Sequence record: SRR20825019_253
Strand: one strand, 5' to 3'
DNA: 39,498 nt
A program made the position numbers and the translations under genes. Below, piece by piece: positions 10,308 to 20,668 of this stretch. Below the pieces are notes generated by a model. It did no database searches. It saw only the letters and a program-made list of their open reading frames with translations, and was not told the DNA's origin. The stretch's first letter is position 1. The number at the start of each line of letters is the position of its first letter.

Positions 10308-11678
10308 GTGGCGTTAGCGGCAAGACTGGAACGCTTTTTAACCGGCAAAGGAATTGCCTATCGGGAACTTGAGATTGATCAGGTACTTAGCTTTGACGCC
10401 GCGGTCATGGCGTCCGGGCGTCCTCAGGATGAGTTTATCCGGGCAACGCCCCTGATCGACATCAATGGCGTCGTCATGGCCGTTCACGGTTACAACACCA
10501 GTCTGGATATGGACCTGGTGCACAAGCAAACTGGCCGACGCCTGCAGCCGTTAACGGCTCGCCAGTCCGCCCGGCTGTTTGCCGACTGTGACCCGGGCTT
10601 CCAGCCGCCGGTCGGGGCTGCCTACGATCTGCCGGTACTCGTTGATGAGGATATCCTGGGATACCCCCGCACCCTCATGTGCTGCGGGACCGACAACACG
10701 CTTCTCGAGTTGGACCGCACCTCTCTGGCAAGGGCCCTGGCGGATGCCACTCAGGGCCACCTGGCGATTCGCGGGCAAAACAACGATGAGCGTGATGCCC
10801 TGACGCTGGAAGAAGTGGCCGACAAGCTGCAGAAGCTTTACCGTCTGCCGCCCATGCCAGCGCTGGCGCTGCGCATTCTCCGTTTGACGGCCAATTCCGA
10901 GGCGACCGCCCGCGAACTGGGCGAGCTGATAGAGTTTGATCCCAGCCTTACCGCGCAGATCATGCGCTATGCCCGTTCTGCCCTGTTCAACTATCCCGGT
11001 CAGATCAACTCGGTACAGGAAGCGGTGACCCGGGTTCTTGGGTTTGATCGTGTGGCCCATATCGCGCTGGGTATTGCGTCCGTGCGCGCTTTCGAAGTGC
11101 CCCGTCAGGGTATGCTGGGGATGGACCAGTTCTGGCGCCACTCTCTGTATAACGCGTTTGTTTGCCAGCGTATGGCGCCAAAGTGCCATTCCGATAAAGG
11201 CCTGGCGTATCTGTGTGGCTTGCTGCACAACTTCGGCCTACTGCTGATCGGCCACCTGTTTCCCCAGGAGTTTGACGAGCTGAATTCGCTGCGGGAAGCC
11301 AATCCCGACGCCAGCATGCACTCGCTGGAGCAACAGGTGTTCGGGGCCAGCAACGATCAACAGATGCTGGCGGTTGGCCACGGCGCCATTGGCGGCATCC
11401 TTCACCGACTTTGGGAGCTGCCTGACCCGGTGGTCAAGGCCGCGGGCATGCATCAGCAGGAGGGCTACCATGGCGAGCATGAACAGTATGTGCTCATGGT
11501 CCAGCTGGCCAATGGGCTGCTGAAGGAAAGGGGGATTGGGGATGAGTTCAACCCGGATGATGTCGCCTCCCTTGCGTCGTCCCTCGGGCTTTCCGAAGGG
11601 GATGTTGCTCGTTTGAACGAGGAGATTGACAGCGTTTCCGGGGAGCTGGACGCGCTGGCGTTATCCCTGTCATCCTGA
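10308..11678 (+). CDS. YbaK/aminoacyl-tRNA deacylase-like domain fused to an HDOD domain
   Basis: N-terminal LFADCDPGFQPPVG...VLVDE (YbaK GxxxP loop). HDOD motifs LPPMP, DPSLTA, FWRHS, GLLHNFG, W.LP. Confidence 0.8.
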   Translation: MALAARLERFLTGKGIAYRELEIDQVLSFDAAVMASGRPQDEFIRATPLIDINGVVMAVHGYNTSLDMDLVHKQTGRRLQPLTARQSARLFADCDPGFQPPVGAAYDLPVLVDEDILGYPRTLMCCGTDNTLLELDRTSLARALADATQGHLAIRGQNNDERDALTLEEVADKLQKLYRLPPMPALALRILRLTANSEATARELGELIEFDPSLTAQIMRYARSALFNYPGQINSVQEAVTRVLGFDRVAHIALGIASVRAFEVPRQGMLGMDQFWRHSLYNAFVCQRMAPKCHSDKGLAYLCGLLHNFGLLLIGHLFPQEFDELNSLREANPDASMHSLEQQVFGASNDQQMLAVGHGAIGGILHRLWELPDPVVKAAGMHQQEGYHGEHEQYVLMVQLANGLLKERGIGDEFNPDDVASLASSLGLSEGDVARLNEEIDSVSGELDALALSLSS

Positions 11679-11775
11679 CCGTCGAGCACTATCAGCTACA
11701 GCCGCAACTCACAGCCCGATGTAACCTTTTGGTGCATGCTACGGAGGTCCACTTTCTATGAGGGGGCTGAGTTCG

Positions 11776-11786
11776 TATAATGCGCC
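11776..11786 (+). promoter_or_regulatory. Sigma70 -10 element with GC-rich discriminator, adk promoter
   Basis: TATAAT followed by GCGCC about 115 nt upstream of adk. The -35 is poor. Confidence 0.55.
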
Positions 11787-11873
11787 TTCCTTGGCAGGGG
11801 CTGCGGGCTCGTTGCTGCCGAGAAGCTGTCGCAAAGCCGCCGGGTTTTGCAACAGCTTTTCAAATGATAATGA

Positions 11874-12548
<675 letters not shown>

Positions 12549-12552
12549 CCCT

Positions 12553-13248
12553 GTGAAACTACTGGCACTGGATACCTCATCAGAGGGCTGCTCAGCAGCC
12601 CTGCTGGTGGATAACAGCCTGGTGGAGCGGTTCGAGCTGGCTCCACGCGGACACACCCGCCTGTTGATGCCGATGATCCGCGAGCTTCTCGCCGAGAAGG
12701 AACTGGTGCCGGCGGACCTCGATGCGCTCGCATTTGCCTGTGGTCCGGGCTCGTTCACGGGCCTTCGCATTGCTACGGGGGTTGTCCAGGGCCTGGCCTA
12801 TGGTCTTGGAATCCCCGTTATTCCAGTGTCATCCCTGGCAGCCGTTGCCGAGGATGCGATACAGCATTGGCAAATGCTGGACGGCGACGCCGTTGCAGTG
12901 GCCTTCGATGCCCGCATGGGTGAAGCCTATTGGGCCTGTTATATGTGCCGAGATGGGCAACCGGAGTTGATGGGTCACGAGCAGGTCTGCGCTCCGGCGT
13001 CTGTGACTCTGGCCGATGGCGCATCCCGGTGGTTTGGTGCCGGTCAGGGGTGGAGCCTGAAAGAAAATTTCCCGGCCGATGTTGCCGCAACCATGGACCG
13101 CATCGACGAGACTCTGGTGCCCAGGGCTTCCAGAGTGGCGGAGATCGCCGCCCGTGCCTTTCATGCGGGAGCCGGGGTACCGGCCGAACAGGCACAACCG
13201 GTATACATTCGTGATGAAGTGGCCTGGAAAAAACTGCCCGGCCGCTAA
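12553..13248 (+). CDS. tsaB: tRNA threonylcarbamoyladenosine biosynthesis protein TsaB
   Basis: LALDTS, GPGSFTGLRI, DARMGE and P.YIR. Confidence 0.93.
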   Translation: MKLLALDTSSEGCSAALLVDNSLVERFELAPRGHTRLLMPMIRELLAEKELVPADLDALAFACGPGSFTGLRIATGVVQGLAYGLGIPVIPVSSLAAVAEDAIQHWQMLDGDAVAVAFDARMGEAYWACYMCRDGQPELMGHEQVCAPASVTLADGASRWFGAGQGWSLKENFPADVAATMDRIDETLVPRASRVAEIAARAFHAGAGVPAEQAQPVYIRDEVAWKKLPGR

Positions 13249-13284
13249 CAACAACCTCACTGCTACCACCCGGAATCACTGCCG

Positions 13285-14082
13285 ATGGAACTGTGGCACA
13301 TTATTGTATTGGCCGTTATACAGGGGCTGACGGAATTTCTTCCGATCAGCAGTTCGGCCCATCTGATCCTTCCCTCACAGGTATTTGGCTGGCCGGATCA
13401 AGGCCTTGCGTTCGATGTCGCCGTGCATGTAGGGACGTTGGCAGCAGTGATCTGGTACTTTCGCGCGGAAGTGGGCCGTCTCACGGTTGCCTGGGTTGGA
13501 GATACGGTTCGGGGCCGTGTCGGGCAGGATAGTGGCCTTGCGTGGGCGGTCATCGCCGGCACCATTCCAGCCGGACTGGCTGGTCTGTTGCTTAATGATT
13601 TCATTGAAACCTCCCTGCGTTCCGGGTTGGTGATTGCAGTTTCGACCATCGGTTTTGGTTTGGTGCTGTGGTGGTCGGACGCGGTGGGACGTCGCAACCG
13701 GGACCTGCCGGCATTGACCATGAAAGATGCGGTGATCATTGGCGTGGCCCAGGCGCTGGCTCTCATTCCGGGCACCTCCCGATCCGGTATTACCATCACG
13801 GCGGCTCTGTTTCTCGGGTTTGGACGGGAGGCAGCCGCCCGATTCTCGTTCCTGTTGTCGATCCCGCTGATTCTCGCCGCCGGTCTGCTGAAAACCCTGG
13901 AGCTGGTGGAGCAGGGCGGGGCAACCGACTGGGCGGCTATTGCCCTGGGTGCTGCGCTGTCATTTGTCAGTGCCGTGGTCTGTATCCACCTGTTTCTCAA
14001 GTTCCTTGAGAGACTTGGCCTGATGCCGTTCGTTATATACCGCCTGGTACTCGGTCTGCTGTTGCTTGTCATGCTCTGGTAG
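13285..14082 (+). CDS. uppP: Undecaprenyl-diphosphate phosphatase
   Basis: QGLTEFLPISSSAHL, PGTSRSG, FSFLLSIP. Multiple TM segments. Confidence 0.95.
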   Translation: MELWHIIVLAVIQGLTEFLPISSSAHLILPSQVFGWPDQGLAFDVAVHVGTLAAVIWYFRAEVGRLTVAWVGDTVRGRVGQDSGLAWAVIAGTIPAGLAGLLLNDFIETSLRSGLVIAVSTIGFGLVLWWSDAVGRRNRDLPALTMKDAVIIGVAQALALIPGTSRSGITITAALFLGFGREAAARFSFLLSIPLILAAGLLKTLELVEQGGATDWAAIALGAALSFVSAVVCIHLFLKFLERLGLMPFVIYRLVLGLLLLVMLW

Positions 14083-14167
14083 TGCAAACATTGAACAGCC
14101 TGCTTTAAAATTGGTCCAGGATCTTCCATAATCCACTACCTGTGGTCTTTTTAACCGGTGTGCCAGA

Positions 14168-14530
14168 ATGATCGGTGGTGTTAACCCAAACAGCAGTCTT
14201 CCTTTCCAGTCCGGCAACAGCAGCCCGGTTCGTGAGCGCAGTGACATCGCTCGTGCGCCTGCGTCCGCCCCCGATAACGATAGCCAGGCCGTTCGCCGTG
14301 ATCTCACCGATGCACGGCCCCCCAACGCCGAACAACGGCCGGTTCCTTCTGCTGAGTCGCTAGAACGCCGTGTCGAGGCACGTCAAGCCGCGGAGGACGT
14401 GCGCCTGGAGCGTTTCCGTGCCGATGAAGTTTCCCTGAGCACCTCCAGAGCCCTGTCCACGTTTGCTGATGTCGCCGCCGGAGGCGATGTTGCGGATGCA
14501 GGGCTCTCAGGCATCGATATCCTGGTTTGA
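14168..14530 (+). CDS. Hypothetical low-complexity protein
   Basis: 120-aa ORF filling the uppP-rsmJ gap. Its stop overlaps the rsmJ ATG (TGATG). Possible promoter TTTAAA-17-CATAAT at 14104-14132. Confidence 0.7.
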   Translation: MIGGVNPNSSLPFQSGNSSPVRERSDIARAPASAPDNDSQAVRRDLTDARPPNAEQRPVPSAESLERRVEARQAAEDVRLERFRADEVSLSTSRALSTFADVAAGGDVADAGLSGIDILV

Positions 14531-15339
14531 TGTCGCCAGGAAGCACCCTGTCTGAACTTGCAGTTGGCTGCAGCCCCCTTGGCGATCTCCACGCTGCACG
14601 TTCCCTGTCTGAAGCATTATCATTGCCTCTGCTGGGTACGCTTCGTCCGCGAGACGTGCGGGATTACCCAGTGCTGCTGTTTCTGGATGAAAATGGTCTT
14701 GGCCTGCAGGTGACCGGCAAGGGGGCTCCAGGGCCTGTCAGAGCCGAGTTCGTGACCGGAAAGGCGGGATACCGGAGAGAACACGGCGGTGGCACCGGAC
14801 AACTGATTGCCAAGGCTGTTGGCCTGAAGAAAGCCCGCCAGCCCCTTCATGTTCTGGATGCAACGGCCGGTCTTGGCCAGGACGCGTTCGTACTGGCCTC
14901 CCTGGGCTGCAGGTTAACCCTTTTCGAACGCTCGCCGGTTATCCATGCGTTGCTTAGTGATGGACTTTCCCGTGCGGCCCTGAACGAGCAGAGCGCGCCC
15001 ATTGTCGCCCGGATGGCATTGCAGTCGGGTAGCAGTATCGACTGGTTATCGCAGGCGGGCGCGGGCGCCGCGGATGTGATCTACCTTGACCCGATGTTTC
15101 CCCATCGCGACAAGTCGGCCCTGGTCAAGAAGGAAATGCAGGTGTTCCGCACGGTGGTGGGAGACGACGATGACTCACCGGCGTTGTTGAAGGCCGCGTT
15201 GGCAGTGGCAACCTATCGGGTTGTCGTCAAACGCCCGCGCAAGGCGGAGCCAGTGAGTGGCCCCGAACCCACCACCCGTATTGAAGGAAAGAGCAGCCGG
15301 TACGATATCTACTCCATCAAGGCGTTTCCTGCCGGATAG
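14530..15339 (+). CDS. rsmJ: 16S rRNA m2G1516 methyltransferase RsmJ family
   Basis: [34 protein letters not shown]. Confidence 0.88.
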   Translation: MSPGSTLSELAVGCSPLGDLHAARSLSEALSLPLLGTLRPRDVRDYPVLLFLDENGLGLQVTGKGAPGPVRAEFVTGKAGYRREHGGGTGQLIAKAVGLKKARQPLHVLDATAGLGQDAFVLASLGCRLTLFERSPVIHALLSDGLSRAALNEQSAPIVARMALQSGSSIDWLSQAGAGAADVIYLDPMFPHRDKSALVKKEMQVFRTVVGDDDDSPALLKAALAVATYRVVVKRPRKAEPVSGPEPTTRIEGKSSRYDIYSIKAFPAG

Positions 15340-15353
15340 GTCACCGGTCGCGT

Positions 15354-17822
15354 TCAGGCCCCAAGCATGGTCACCTGCTGAATGGCCTGGCGTTTTTCCA
15401 CACTTAGCACCAACCGTGCGTCTTCCGCCACTTCATCCAGGCCGTCGGTGTAGCACAACAGCCCGTCGTCATCGGTGGTGATAACGCCATTGTGCTGCAT
15501 GTTGGCGATGAAGTTACGGAACAGGGTCTTGTCGAAGAACTCCGGCGCATTGAGGCCGAACAGGATGGACATACGTTCGGCCAGAAGCGTGCTCTGCTCT
15601 TCCAGTTCGCCGGCGGTAATCTTACCCGACCCGTATTTGCGCAGGATGCCGATGGCAATGTGATAGCGTTCTAGGGTCTGGATGATGAACCGTGACAGCA
15701 CCCGCAGGCGCAGCATGGCATCGGTGCCTTCCTCAGGGCGGCTGATCCTGTCTTCCTCTTCTTCGAACAGCAACCCTTTCTCCAATAGGACGTCGATCCA
15801 TTGGTTGATGACCCCGTCAATCTCCTCGGCGTCGTATTTGAGGAACAGTTCGGATTTCAGATAGGGGTACGCCACGCTGGCCAGGAACTCAATTTTGTCC
15901 CGGCGCAGGGAGTTCTTGTTCTCAAACAGGCTCGCGATCAGAGACGGCAGGGCAAACAGATGCTGGATGTTGTTGCGGTAATAGGTCATCAGGATCGCGT
16001 TGCTGCCTTCCAGCGCGATGATGTCACCCAGTTTCTGGGGCTGGCGCGTGATCAGGCCCATGTTTTCGCAGTAGTCGACCCAATCCTTGCCACTGCCTTC
16101 CGGCAGCGTGATGGTGTCGGCGTAGGGAAAGGCTTTCAGCAGGTCGGCATACTGGTCCATCAGGCGAATCAACTGGCCTTCATCCATAGCCAGGCGATCG
16201 GTGCCCAGCAAAACCGTTGCAGTCATGCCAATGGGATTGACGGCGACAGATGCGTTAATGCTGGACGCAACACGATTGGACAGTTCAGACACCGCCTGAT
16301 TGAGCCATTTTGGCCGGTATTCGGAATCGTAGGCTTCTTCCCGCCAGCTTGGTTCGACTTCGTTCAATACCTCAGCAAGGGGAATGGCTTCACCGAAGTT
16401 TACAGCGACCTGGCCAAACGAGTTGCTCAACTTGCGAACGGTCTTGGCAATCGCGAACACGCTCTCTTTCTGTTTTTTCTTGCCCCGTAGTTCACCGAGG
16501 TAAGAACGGCCTTCCATCACCTTCTCGTAACCAATGTATACCGGGACGAACACGATGGGCTTGCGATGGTCTCGCAGAAAGCTGCGGACGGTCATGGACA
16601 GCATGCCGGGCCGAGGCTGGAGCATGCGACCGGTGCGGCTGCGCCCGCCCTCCACGAAGTACTCAACGGAATAGCCGCGGGAGAACATCACGTGCATGTA
16701 TTCGTTGAACACGGTGGCGTAGAGCGGGTTGTCACGGAAGCTCCGACGCATGAAGAACGCGCCGCCGCGTCGCAGGATGGGGCCAACAATAGGCATGTTC
16801 AGGTTGATGCCGGCGGCAATGTGCGGGGGCATCAGCCCGTTCTTATAGAGCACGTAGGACAGCAGCAGGTAATCAATATGGGAGCGATGGCAGGGAACAT
16901 ACACCACGGCATTGTCCTGGGCTTCTTCCTTGGCAACGCGGATGTTGTTGATAGCGATGCCGTTGTAGATACGGTTCCACAGCCAAGACAGCACCACTTC
17001 CAGGAAACGTATGGTCACGATGGACATGCTGGCAGCGATCTCGTCCGCATATTTGTACGCCTTGGCGCGCACCTTTTCCGGGGGGATGTCATCCTTGCGG
17101 GCGGTTTCCCGGATGGCTTCCTTGACCGCCTGGGTCCGCACCAGTCCACCCACCAAGGTGCGGCGGTGAGACAGGTCCGGGCCGAGCACGGCTTGGCGCA
17201 CCCTGCGGAAATGGGTACGGAGAATGCGGGCGAGCTTACGGTTGGCGCGTTCCTCGCTATGGCGGTATTCGTCAATCACCTGCTTCAGGGACAGGGGCTG
17301 ATTGAACTGCACGTAAGTGCTACGCCCATGCACCATGATGATCAGGAATTTCTGCAAACGTCCAGCCACGGACCAGGTGTCGGACAGCAGCAGTTTGACC
17401 AGCGATTTTTCCTTGTCCGGGGAGCGCCCCCAGAACAGCGACACAGGGACGATCTGAACATCCTGCTCAGGGTGTTCCAGGCCATGGCGAACCAGCGCCC
17501 GGAACTCACCGGTGGGAACGGGCGTCTGGCGACGACGGAAAAGACCACCAATCCGACGGTAGAGAAAAAAGAAGGAGTGGTTCGGACCGTTCTTGACCGG
17601 CAGGGACGACTCGGCACCAGGCAGGCCAGCTCGCAGCACCTCCTGTTCCAGGACCAATCGGCTGGACAGCGAGCTGTACTGCAGTACGTAGCAAACCGGT
17701 TTTTCCGGGTCTACTCCCAGGGCTTCCACGCTGTTGCCGCTCACATCCGTCCGGACCCACAAAAACAGGATTTTGCGGAAAAGGGTCAGGATCAGGCTGC
17801 GAAGGCCCAGGAAAAAACGCAT
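15354..17822 (-). CDS. plsB: Glycerol-3-phosphate O-acyltransferase
   Basis: PCHRSHIDY (HxxxxD), GAFFMRR, YFVEGGRSRTG. Confidence 0.96.
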   Translation of the reverse strand: MRFFLGLRSLILTLFRKILFLWVRTDVSGNSVEALGVDPEKPVCYVLQYSSLSSRLVLEQEVLRAGLPGAESSLPVKNGPNHSFFFLYRRIGGLFRRRQTPVPTGEFRALVRHGLEHPEQDVQIVPVSLFWGRSPDKEKSLVKLLLSDTWSVAGRLQKFLIIMVHGRSTYVQFNQPLSLKQVIDEYRHSEERANRKLARILRTHFRRVRQAVLGPDLSHRRTLVGGLVRTQAVKEAIRETARKDDIPPEKVRAKAYKYADEIAASMSIVTIRFLEVVLSWLWNRIYNGIAINNIRVAKEEAQDNAVVYVPCHRSHIDYLLLSYVLYKNGLMPPHIAAGINLNMPIVGPILRRGGAFFMRRSFRDNPLYATVFNEYMHVMFSRGYSVEYFVEGGRSRTGRMLQPRPGMLSMTVRSFLRDHRKPIVFVPVYIGYEKVMEGRSYLGELRGKKKQKESVFAIAKTVRKLSNSFGQVAVNFGEAIPLAEVLNEVEPSWREEAYDSEYRPKWLNQAVSELSNRVASSINASVAVNPIGMTATVLLGTDRLAMDEGQLIRLMDQYADLLKAFPYADTITLPEGSGKDWVDYCENMGLITRQPQKLGDIIALEGSNAILMTYYRNNIQHLFALPSLIASLFENKNSLRRDKIEFLASVAYPYLKSELFLKYDAEEIDGVINQWIDVLLEKGLLFEEEEDRISRPEEGTDAMLRLRVLSRFIIQTLERYHIAIGILRKYGSGKITAGELEEQSTLLAERMSILFGLNAPEFFDKTLFRNFIANMQHNGVITTDDDGLLCYTDGLDEVAEDARLVLSVEKRQAIQQVTMLGA

Positions 17823-17964
17823 AAACGGTCGCTCCGGTTCACAAAACAGGCGGTAAGTTTACTTGGTTGCGTGCAGTGCGGAAAGCCATGCGGTCGTTCT
17901 GTTGTGTTGTGCCGCTGTGATACATTTCCAGCTCTACCCACATAATAGCTTCTGGACACGGATT

Positions 17965-18786
17965 ATGGCGTTATGGACTCCCGGCTGGTCTTCGAAAGGG
18001 CCCGACGATGACGATCTTGTGTTGGCCATCGACGGTGATGCGGTGCTGAAGCCCGACGTTGGCTGGCTGAAGCCTTGGCGGATGATTGCCCCTAGTACGC
18101 ACGGTGATATCGGGCCGGTGTATGTTGGCCAGATGGACGGCAAGCCTGTCTACGTGGCCGAAGCCGACGCGGCCAGACTGGCGGGGTCTACAGAACGGGT
18201 GACGCTTCGGGAAGCGCTGCTGCTGATGGAGGATGCTCCCGCGGAAATGCTGGGCACCGCGTTCCAGGTGCATCAGTGGTGGCGGGATCACCGCTTCTGC
18301 GGCCGCTGTGGTGAATTGACAGAGCTGCACCCGTTGGAAAGGGCCAAGTGGTGCAAGCCCTGCGGCATTCCCTGGTATCCCAGGCTGGCGCCCTGCGTAA
18401 TTGTGGTTATCCGCCGTGGTGAACGCATGTTGCTGGCCCGGTCATCGCGGACAAAGCGTCATTATTTCAGCCTGATTGCGGGCTTTGTGGAGCCGGGTGA
18501 AACCATTGAAGCGGCGGTTGCCCGGGAAGTGAAAGAGGAAACCGGCCTTGAGGTTAGTGGGGTTCGCTACCACTCCTCTCAGCCATGGCCGTTTCCCCAT
18601 CAGTTAATGCTGGGCTTTTTTGCAGACTACGCCGGGGGCGAGCTGGTGCTGCAGGAAGACGAAATTGCGGAAGCGGACTGGTTTCTGCCGGGCGATATGC
18701 CACCTGTGCCGCCGGTGACCACCATCTCCGGCGGCCTGATCCAGGCCATGGTGCGGGAAATTAAAGGGCAGGGGGCATCGTCGTGA
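17965..18786 (+). CDS. nudC: NADH pyrophosphatase (Nudix)
   Basis: Zn ribbon CGRCG...CKPC, Nudix box AGFVEPGETIEAAVAREVKEETG, SQPWPFPH. Start assigned to ATG 17965. Confidence 0.92.
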   Translation: MALWTPGWSSKGPDDDDLVLAIDGDAVLKPDVGWLKPWRMIAPSTHGDIGPVYVGQMDGKPVYVAEADAARLAGSTERVTLREALLLMEDAPAEMLGTAFQVHQWWRDHRFCGRCGELTELHPLERAKWCKPCGIPWYPRLAPCVIVVIRRGERMLLARSSRTKRHYFSLIAGFVEPGETIEAAVAREVKEETGLEVSGVRYHSSQPWPFPHQLMLGFFADYAGGELVLQEDEIAEADWFLPGDMPPVPPVTTISGGLIQAMVREIKGQGASS

Positions 18787-19634
18787 CTGCGCCAAGAGTG
18801 CTGGTCTTTGATTCAGGCGTTGGCGGATTGAGCGTTGCTGCTTGTATCCACCAACAATTGCCGGGGGTGAAGTTGGTGTACCTGGCTGATAACGCTGGCT
18901 TTCCTTACGGCGCCCAGCCGGAAGCGGTGGTCATTGAGCGCAGCCAGACACTGATCCGGCTGGCGCTGTCGGAATTTCCCTGTGATGTCATTGTGGTGGC
19001 GTGCAACACTGCGAGCACTGTGGTATTGCCGCATCTTCGGACCATGACACCGATACCGGTGATCGGCGTGGTGCCGGCGGTAAAGCCTGCGGCGGCGGTG
19101 TCTGAAAACCGCCGTATTGGTCTGCTGGCCACCCCCGCCACTGTTCGTCGGCCCTACCTTGCCGACCTGATTGACGAGTTTGCCAGTGATTGCACGGTGG
19201 AACGGCTGGGGCATCCGGACTTGGTGCAATGGATCGAAAATCTGGTGTCCGGTTCGCCAGTCCCCGAGCAGGCCTTGTCCGTGGCATTGCAACCATTCCG
19301 GGACGTGGGTGTGGACACTGTGGTTCTGGGCTGCACTCATTACCCGCTGATAAAGGATCTGCTGCAGAGCCAGTTGCCGACCGTAAAACACTGGGTGGAT
19401 TCCGGAGAGGCCATCGCCCGCCGAGCGGCCTGGTTATTCGAACAGCAGGGGCTGGAAGTGAAAAGTCTTATGGCCCTCAACAGCGATGGCGATGTGGTTG
19501 ATGCCGCCCTGTTTTCCGGGGACATCCCACGAGGTATCGGGGAGTTCCTGGATGGGCTCAGCCTGGCCACCAACGAGATCCGTGGTAACTGGTCCTCGTC
19601 GGTAGTCGGTGCTACAGCAAGCGGGTCAGCTTGA
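18783..19634 (+). CDS. murI: Glutamate racemase
   Basis: FDSGVGGLSV, FPYG, ACNTAS, LGCTHYP. GTGA overlap with nudC. Confidence 0.95.
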   Translation: MTAPRVLVFDSGVGGLSVAACIHQQLPGVKLVYLADNAGFPYGAQPEAVVIERSQTLIRLALSEFPCDVIVVACNTASTVVLPHLRTMTPIPVIGVVPAVKPAAAVSENRRIGLLATPATVRRPYLADLIDEFASDCTVERLGHPDLVQWIENLVSGSPVPEQALSVALQPFRDVGVDTVVLGCTHYPLIKDLLQSQLPTVKHWVDSGEAIARRAAWLFEQQGLEVKSLMALNSDGDVVDAALFSGDIPRGIGEFLDGLSLATNEIRGNWSSSVVGATASGSA

Positions 19635-20619
19635 ACATGGCCAGGAACTCCAGTGCCGGTAAGGATCGGCGGTGGCAACAGTAGGTTTTAAAGTTGTCGC
19701 CACGGAATCGTGACTTGGTAAATTCCAGGCCCTTGAAGTTGTAAAGGAAGTTCCCCTTCTCATACAGGCCGTGCATGATGCGCTTGAGCAGTCGGCTTTC
19801 CTGGTGCTCGGTAGCCGGGTCCAGGGATAGCGGAATTAAACCCAGGTCCAGATAGGGCACGCCTTCGGCCTTGAACACATCCATGGCATGGGCCATCAGG
19901 GTGTAGAAAATACCCTGGCGGAAATCCGCGTTAGCCCTTGAGATGTTAGGCACGTAACTGATGATCTCGTTATTGCGGTAGATGGGGTCGAAGTAGATAA
20001 AGCCCACGGCCTTGCCATCCTGGTACGCGTAGAAATGGCGTTCGTTCTCCCGGTACTCCATCTCCATGGGACGTATCAGGAAACGGATCTCCTTGCTCTT
20101 GCATTTACGGGTGCGAATCCAGGCATCGGAAATTTCGCGGGTGTGGTCATCGCTGAAGCGCTCCTTCACGGTAATGCCGTTTTTTTCCGCCTGGTTGAGG
20201 GCCGTGCGCAGGATCTGTTTCTTCTTCCCGCTGAGCGACCAGTTTTTCAGGTTGATACGGGATTCGCTGCCAAACTGGGTGCCAAACAGGCCAAAGCGGC
20301 GGTAGAGGTAGTCCACGACAGGTTTGGATACCTGGATGTAGCAGGCGGAAGGGAAGCGTTGGTGAAACTGTTCCAGGATCAACTCAAAGTGTTCCGGTGC
20401 GGTGACAGGATCGGAGAGCACGAACGTGCCGCCCCATTTGCGCATATACGCCAGGTAGCCAACGCCGGGCACATCGAAATACTGCATCTCAGGTTGCAAC
20501 GTCGAGAACGACTGGGAATGGGTGCCGTACTTCTTGAGGTAACTGATGCGCTCCGGAAAGGTAAATACACCTTCGTCCAGAGAGCGTACGCCATCGAGTG
20601 AAAGGATCTGGTCTGACAT
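19612..20619 (-). CDS. Stand-alone DUF2156 (MprF/LPG synthase C-terminal-like) tRNA-dependent aminoacyltransferase
   Basis: SDPV, LSGKKKQILR.A.N, LDLGLIPL and YNFKGL..TKSRF resemble MprF synthase-domain motifs. No TM segments. RBS GGGGAG. Confidence 0.8.
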   Translation of the reverse strand: MSDQILSLDGVRSLDEGVFTFPERISYLKKYGTHSQSFSTLQPEMQYFDVPGVGYLAYMRKWGGTFVLSDPVTAPEHFELILEQFHQRFPSACYIQVSKPVVDYLYRRFGLFGTQFGSESRINLKNWSLSGKKKQILRTALNQAEKNGITVKERFSDDHTREISDAWIRTRKCKSKEIRFLIRPMEMEYRENERHFYAYQDGKAVGFIYFDPIYRNNEIISYVPNISRANADFRQGIFYTLMAHAMDVFKAEGVPYLDLGLIPLSLDPATEHQESRLLKRIMHGLYEKGNFLYNFKGLEFTKSRFRGDNFKTYCCHRRSLPALEFLAMFKLTRLL

Positions 20620-20668
20620 TGTGAAACTCCCCCGTTTATTGTTTTAAATCCGGCGTGAGGCCTCGTGT

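Noticed and set aside
14104-14132. Sigma28 promoter for the 120-aa orphan
   Set aside because: Poor GCCGATAA match and wrong spacing. A sigma70 reading fits better.
16566-17945. 459-aa ORF antisense to plsB (also 4422-5546 against relA and 9085-10044 against ppc)
   Set aside because: Same antisense artefact. Each overlaps a well-supported housekeeping gene almost entirely.
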